From Burkholderiales bacterium (lineage in GTDB: Bacteria; Pseudomonadota; Gammaproteobacteria; Burkholderiales; Casimicrobiaceae), in the NCBI GenBank assembly GCA_031409935.1, contig JANNYE010000050.1, forward strand, positions 3,478 to 67,477: 64,000 nt of DNA, written 5' to 3'. A model generated the notes under the pieces. The model did not search any database. It was not told where the DNA came from and saw only the letters and a program-made list of their open reading frames with translations. A program made the translations under genes and the position numbers. Shown here in pieces: positions 59,322-64,000 of the stretch (positions are counted from its first letter, which is position 1; every line of letters starts with the position of its first letter).

Positions 59322-60617
59322 ATGCCATTTTCGTCTCTCGGTCTGTCTCGCGCGCTGCTGCACGCGCTCGGCTTGACCGCCGCCAAAGATTTCGTCGCGC
59401 TCACAGCGATCCAGAGCGCCACCATTCCCGCCGCTTTGCAAGGCCGTGACGTGCTCGGCGCGGCGCAAACCGGCTCCGGTAAAACGCTTGCGTTCGTGTT
59501 GCCAATTTTGCAACGACTGGAGCAGACGGCGAGCAGCGCAGCAGCAAAATCCGCAGAATCCGATAAGGCGCGCTCACCAAGAGCGCTGATTTTGGTGCCG
59601 ACCCGCGAGCTTGCCGTTCAGGTGGGAGAGGTCTTTCGCGATCTGGCGCAACATTTGCAAGGGCACGGTAAGCGTGCCTTGCGAGTGACCACCGTATTTG
59701 GCGGCGTGTCGATCAATCCGCAGATGCTGGGCCTGAGGAGCGGCACCGATATTGTGGTTGCCACGCCGGGGCGATTGCTCGACCTGATTGGTAACAACGC
59801 GGTGGCACTGGGCAGCGTGCAAGTGCTGGTGCTTGACGAGGCGGATCGTCTGTTTGATTTGGGTTTCGCTGATGAGTTGCGCCGCGTACTGACGCTGCTA
59901 CCAGACGCGCGGCAGAACCTGTTTTTCTCGGCCACGTTTCCGCCGAAAGTTGAGCATTTGGCGCAAACGCTGCTCGTTGATCCGGCGCGCGTCGTGGTGC
60001 CTCGCGAACCAGAGACAGCGCCCGACATCGTGCAACGCGCCGTTCTGGTAGACGCGCCACGCCGCACGCAGTTGCTGCGGCACATGATCGAGCAAAACAA
60101 GCAAACATGGCAACGCGTGCTGGTGTTTGTCGCCACCACACACGGAGCCGAAATCGTTGCTGAAAAGCTACGTAAAGCGCGCATCAACGCCGAGCCGTTT
60201 CATGGTGAACTGTCGCAAGGCAAGCGCACGCAGGTGCTCGCCGATTTCAAGGCATCGCGACTTAAAGTGGTGGTGGCCACCGACGTTGCATCGCGCGGGC
60301 TTGATATTGCGGATTTGCCAGTGGTGGTGAACTTTGATCTGCCGCGATCGGCCGTTGATTACGTGCACCGCATCGGGCGTACTGGGCGCGCGGGCGTTGC
60401 TGGCTTGGCGGTGAATTTTGTGAGCGCGGCCTCTGAGGCGCATTTTTGGTTAATTCAAAAACGGCAGCAGGTGCGCGTGCCGCTTGAAATCGTTGCCGGT
60501 TTCGAACCCACGGAGACCGCGCCCGAAACTGGCCCGGCTAACGGCGGCATCAAAGGACTTCGCCCGAGCAAAAAAGACAAACTGCGCGCGGCCGCAGCGC
60601 AGGCAAAATCGTTATAG
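59322..60617 (+). CDS. DEAD-box RNA helicase (RhlE-like)
   Basis: AQTGSGKT, PTRELA, GGVSINPQM, DEAD, SAT, HRIGRTGR. Confidence 0.93.
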   Translation: MPFSSLGLSRALLHALGLTAAKDFVALTAIQSATIPAALQGRDVLGAAQTGSGKTLAFVLPILQRLEQTASSAAAKSAESDKARSPRALILVPTRELAVQVGEVFRDLAQHLQGHGKRALRVTTVFGGVSINPQMLGLRSGTDIVVATPGRLLDLIGNNAVALGSVQVLVLDEADRLFDLGFADELRRVLTLLPDARQNLFFSATFPPKVEHLAQTLLVDPARVVVPREPETAPDIVQRAVLVDAPRRTQLLRHMIEQNKQTWQRVLVFVATTHGAEIVAEKLRKARINAEPFHGELSQGKRTQVLADFKASRLKVVVATDVASRGLDIADLPVVVNFDLPRSAVDYVHRIGRTGRAGVAGLAVNFVSAASEAHFWLIQKRQQVRVPLEIVAGFEPTETAPETGPANGGIKGLRPSKKDKLRAAAAQAKSL

Positions 60618-60729
60618 CTTTTTGCCATATCGCTCTATTCACTTGGGCTGAAGCGCTATTTTTGTAATTACCGACTATTAACTAAAATCGCTTTTAGCCC
60701 AATTAAAATAAGGCTTTCAACAAAAAGCT
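60616..60729. repeat. 114-bp dyad-symmetric element, copy G
   Basis: AGCTTTTT..GGGCTG..ACCGAC(60670-60675)..TAGCCC..TTTCA..AAAAGCT; overlaps the helicase TAG stop. Confidence 0.85.
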
Positions 60730-60802
60730 GATGCTCTGAGTGCAGCCAAGCTCGAAGCGGGCGGCGCACCGGGGCTCACGGTGTGCCCCCTATACTTTGC
60801 GC

Positions 60803-61327
60803 ATGGTAACGATTGACTTCTGCAAACAGTTCGCGCGCTACAACCGCTGGCAAAACCAGCGCATTTATTTGGCCGCAGCAACGCTTCCCGACGGCACCCG
60901 CAAGCGCAATATGGGAGCGTTTTTCAAGAGCATTCATGGCACCTTCAATCACTTGGTAGTTGCCGATCAGTTGTGGCTGGATCGGCTCGATGCCGTGCCG
61001 ACCAGCATCGCTTCGCTGGATCAAGAATTGCACGATGATTTTGAGGCGTTGACACAAAAGCGAGAGCACACCGATAACCGTTTGGATCGTTTCGTTGCGT
61101 CGCTCACGGAAGAGCGCCTCAACCGCTCGCTCACGTTCCGTCGACTGTCTGGAGACAAAGGCGAGATCACACTTCCGTTGCCAATGGTGATGATGCAATT
61201 TTTCAATCACCAAACCCACCATCGCGGACAGGTGACCACGCTGCTGATGCAATGCGGGGTCAGCGTTGGCGTGACCGATCTGCCGACGTTGCCTGCCGAT
61301 TTTGTGTCGCCGGTGTTTGGCACTTGA
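60803..61327 (+). CDS. DinB/YfiT family protein
   Basis: ARYNRWQN, FFKSIHGTFNHL, FNHQTHHRGQ. Confidence 0.92.
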   Translation: MVTIDFCKQFARYNRWQNQRIYLAAATLPDGTRKRNMGAFFKSIHGTFNHLVVADQLWLDRLDAVPTSIASLDQELHDDFEALTQKREHTDNRLDRFVASLTEERLNRSLTFRRLSGDKGEITLPLPMVMMQFFNHQTHHRGQVTTLLMQCGVSVGVTDLPTLPADFVSPVFGT

Positions 61328-61360
61328 CGGCTCAGCACAGCCGACCAAGCAACCTCCCCT

Positions 61361-62356
61361 TTAAGTCCCGTAAGTCAACTCCCGCGCTTTTCCCCAAAAG
61401 ATTCGGTAGACAAATACGGTGTATCCGACGATAGCTGGCAGTGCAATGCAGGTGCCTACCAGCAAAATTACCAGCGAACTGGTGGCGCTCGCGGCCTCCC
61501 ACACGTTGAGCCGATCAATCACCACGTACGGATAGATTGAATACGCCAAGCCAACGGTGGCGAGTATCAACACCAGCACCGTCGCGGCAAAAACAATCCA
61601 GCCATAGCCAGCATCAATCAGTGATTTTTTTCCGGTGACTTTCCATAGCGCGCCGAAGGCTGCGGCGCTAATCAGCGGGATCGGCAATAGCGCAAAGAAG
61701 CCGGGCAACTTGAACCACTTGTTGAAAATCGTTTCGCTGATGAGCGGTGTAGTGATTGATACCGCGCCGATACCTATGATGAACGGCAGAATGGCCTGCC
61801 GCGCCCACACCACAGCGCGTGCCTGCAAGTCGCCCTCCGCTTTCATAATGAGCCAACCTGCGCCAAGAACAACATAAGCGGCGGGTACCGTCAACGCAAT
61901 CACCGCGTTAAACGCCCACGTCCACCAGTCGTCGCGAAAACCGCTGACGTAGCTGCCGAGCATCCAGCCCTGACTCATTGCCGTCACTAACGAGCCCAGC
62001 ATGAAGGCCCGATTCCAGCGCGGCTTGTGCGCGATATCCGCTTTGGTGCGAAAGTCAAAAGATACGCCGCGAATCATGAGCCCGATGAGCATGATGGCCA
62101 CCGGAAGGTAGAGTGCGGCGAGCACCATGCCATGCGCCGAAGGAAACGCAACTAGCATGATGCCCACGCCTAGCACCAACCATGTTTCGTTGGCATCCCA
62201 AAATGGGCCGATGGAGGCAACCATCATGTCTTTGTGCTCATCGGGCGCGAAATGCAGCAGGATGCCGACGCCAAGGTCGTAGCCATCAAGGATGACATAG
62301 AGCAACATCGCGAGCCCCATCACACCCATAAAAATCAGCGGCAAAACGATATCCAT
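61361..62356 (-). CDS. cydB: Cytochrome bd ubiquinol oxidase subunit II
   Basis: LDGYDLGVG, IGPFWDANETWLV, RGVSFDFR. Confidence 0.93.
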   Translation of the reverse strand: MDIVLPLIFMGVMGLAMLLYVILDGYDLGVGILLHFAPDEHKDMMVASIGPFWDANETWLVLGVGIMLVAFPSAHGMVLAALYLPVAIMLIGLMIRGVSFDFRTKADIAHKPRWNRAFMLGSLVTAMSQGWMLGSYVSGFRDDWWTWAFNAVIALTVPAAYVVLGAGWLIMKAEGDLQARAVVWARQAILPFIIGIGAVSITTPLISETIFNKWFKLPGFFALLPIPLISAAAFGALWKVTGKKSLIDAGYGWIVFAATVLVLILATVGLAYSIYPYVVIDRLNVWEAASATSSLVILLVGTCIALPAIVGYTVFVYRIFWGKARELTYGT

Positions 62357-62357
62357 G

Positions 62358-63734
62358 TCAACCTCCTGCGGCATCAATAAGGGTGTCGCCCTTGCGCGCT
62401 GGGGCGATAGGCAATTTCGACGCCTGTCCGCGGGTGCTTGATTCCGACAATCGCTTGACCACGAACACGTATGAAATCAGCAAAAAAATGTAGAGCGCGA
62501 GATAGGCGGTGAGCGTCAAGCCAATCATCGCGGGCGCGTGCTTGGCGGCAGTTTCAGCAACGGTGATGACGCCGTAGACGATGTAGGGTTGGCGACCAAT
62601 TTCGGTGACGTACCAGCCAGCAACGGTTGCGATCCAGCCCGAGAATGCCATTAACGCGAGCAATCTCAGATAGGGCTTCGGCAGGGTATCCGGCGTGCGT
62701 TTACGCAGCAGCAACATGCCAAACCAACTGACGGCGAGCATGGCCATGCCCATGCCGACCATGATGCGAAACGCCCAGAATACGGGGGCGACCGGCGGAT
62801 GCTTGCCCTCAAATTCGTTGATGCCTTTAATCTCCCCGTCTGGATCGTGGGTGAGGATCAGGCTCGCGAGTTTCGGAATTTCGATGGCGTACAGGTTCGA
62901 TTTAGTTTCTTTATCCGGCCATGCAAAAAGCACCACGGGCGCGCCCTTTTGCGTATTCCAGACACCTTCCATGGCGGCGATCTTCGCGGGTTGATGTTTG
63001 AGCGTATTCAGGCCGTGAATGTCGCCCACGTAAATCTGAATCGGGATCAAGATCGCCGCGGCGGTTAACGCGGTTTTGAACGCCTTGTGCGTGGCTTTGC
63101 TATCCACTTTTTTCAACACCTGCCAGGCGCTGATGCCCGCGACGACAAAGCTCGCCGTAAGCCCCGAGGCCAGCAGCATGTGCGTGAAACGATACGGGAA
63201 AGACGGGTTGAACAGGATCGCCAACCAGTCGGTTGCGATCATTTTTCCGTCGACAATGGCGTAACCGACGGGCGTTTGCATCCACGAATTTAGCGCCAGA
63301 ATCCAGAACGCGCTCATGGTGGTGCCGAAGGCGACGAGGAAGGTTGCGGTCAGGTGCGTCCGCTCGGACACACGACCTCGCCCAAACAACATTACGCCGA
63401 GAAATGTCGCCTCAAGAAAAAACGCGGTGAGCACTTCGTAACCCAGCAATGGCCCGGCGATATTGCCCGCCTTTTCCATAAATCCCGGCCAGTTGGTGCC
63501 GAACTGAAAGCTCATGGTGATGCCGGACACCACACCCAGCGCGAAGGTCAGCGCGAAGATTTTGGTCCAAAAGTAATACGCCTCTTCCCACGATTCATCA
63601 CGCGTCGCTTTGAAGCGCATACGGAAGAAAAACAGGATCCAACCGAGCGCAATGGTGATGGTCGGGAACAGGATGTGAAAGGTGATGTTTGCCGCAAATT
63701 GCATGCGAGCGAGGATCAGGGCGGTTTCGTTCAT
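62358..63734 (-). CDS. cydA: Cytochrome bd ubiquinol oxidase subunit I (short Q-loop, CIO-like)
   Basis: FHILFP, FQFGTNW, NSWMQTP, QPAKIAAMEG, EIGRQP. Confidence 0.95.
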   Translation of the reverse strand: MNETALILARMQFAANITFHILFPTITIALGWILFFFRMRFKATRDESWEEAYYFWTKIFALTFALGVVSGITMSFQFGTNWPGFMEKAGNIAGPLLGYEVLTAFFLEATFLGVMLFGRGRVSERTHLTATFLVAFGTTMSAFWILALNSWMQTPVGYAIVDGKMIATDWLAILFNPSFPYRFTHMLLASGLTASFVVAGISAWQVLKKVDSKATHKAFKTALTAAAILIPIQIYVGDIHGLNTLKHQPAKIAAMEGVWNTQKGAPVVLFAWPDKETKSNLYAIEIPKLASLILTHDPDGEIKGINEFEGKHPPVAPVFWAFRIMVGMGMAMLAVSWFGMLLLRKRTPDTLPKPYLRLLALMAFSGWIATVAGWYVTEIGRQPYIVYGVITVAETAAKHAPAMIGLTLTAYLALYIFLLISYVFVVKRLSESSTRGQASKLPIAPARKGDTLIDAAGG

Positions 63735-63788
63735 TATCTAAAACCTCTTCTTAACGACAGGTACTGAGAACACAACGTGAGTTCGACA

Positions 63789-64000
63789 CTAGCTTTTTCT
63801 GCTGTCAGCTTGGTTCGCCTCGCCGACAGCCATCGAGCTAGACGATGCGGTTTTCTTTCGTCCCACGAGCTTCAACTTATCGGTCATGTCGAGCACCGTC
63901 TTGACGCTTGAACCCATGCGCATCAACCGCGCCAGGGTTTCCGGCGACAGCCGTTGCACATCATCGAACCAGGTTGACGACAGATCAATCAGCTCGTGCA
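63789..64000 (-). CDS. C-terminus of a GbsR/MarR-family regulator upstream of cydAB (partial)
   Basis: Hand translation HELIDLSSTWFDDVQRLSPETLARLMRMG...; position upstream of cydA is typical for this family. Confidence 0.7.
   Translation of the reverse strand, partial: HELIDLSSTWFDDVQRLSPETLARLMRMGSSVKTVLDMTDKLKLVGRKKTASSSSMAVGEANQADSRKS

Overview
This is a GC-rich chromosomal window from a betaproteobacterium. A Casimicrobium/Rhodocyclales-like affinity is inferred from gene content and DUF5648/dockerin-like secreted proteins. It holds housekeeping genes (acnB, polA, ppa, pcnB-folK-dNK, cysQ, idnO/idnD, cydAB, two DEAD-box helicases), two PIN toxin-antitoxin pairs and a nucleotidyltransferase pair. 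An ~18 kb block carries three TonB-dependent receptors alternating with two exported S9 peptidases, followed by exbB-exbD-exbD-tonB. I saw no rRNA, tRNA, CRISPR array or transposase. Intergenic DNA is rich in small palindromic elements: GTAG/GTGG REP doublets, CCCTCCCCC hairpin repeats (one in frame inside polA), two ~150 bp MITE-like elements and an 8-bp VNTR in a signal-peptide region. The most striking unexplained signal is a dispersed, AT-rich, dyad-symmetric 114-bp element in seven copies. Its geometry is fixed: AGCTTTT..TGAAA..TTTT..GGGCTA..GTCGAC centre..TAGCCC..AAAA..TTTCA..AAAAGCT. The motifs are phased at ~10 bp, the spacers are poorly conserved, and six of seven copies align without gaps. 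This looks like a protein-wrapping or chromosome-architecture site rather than an ordinary repeat (inference).
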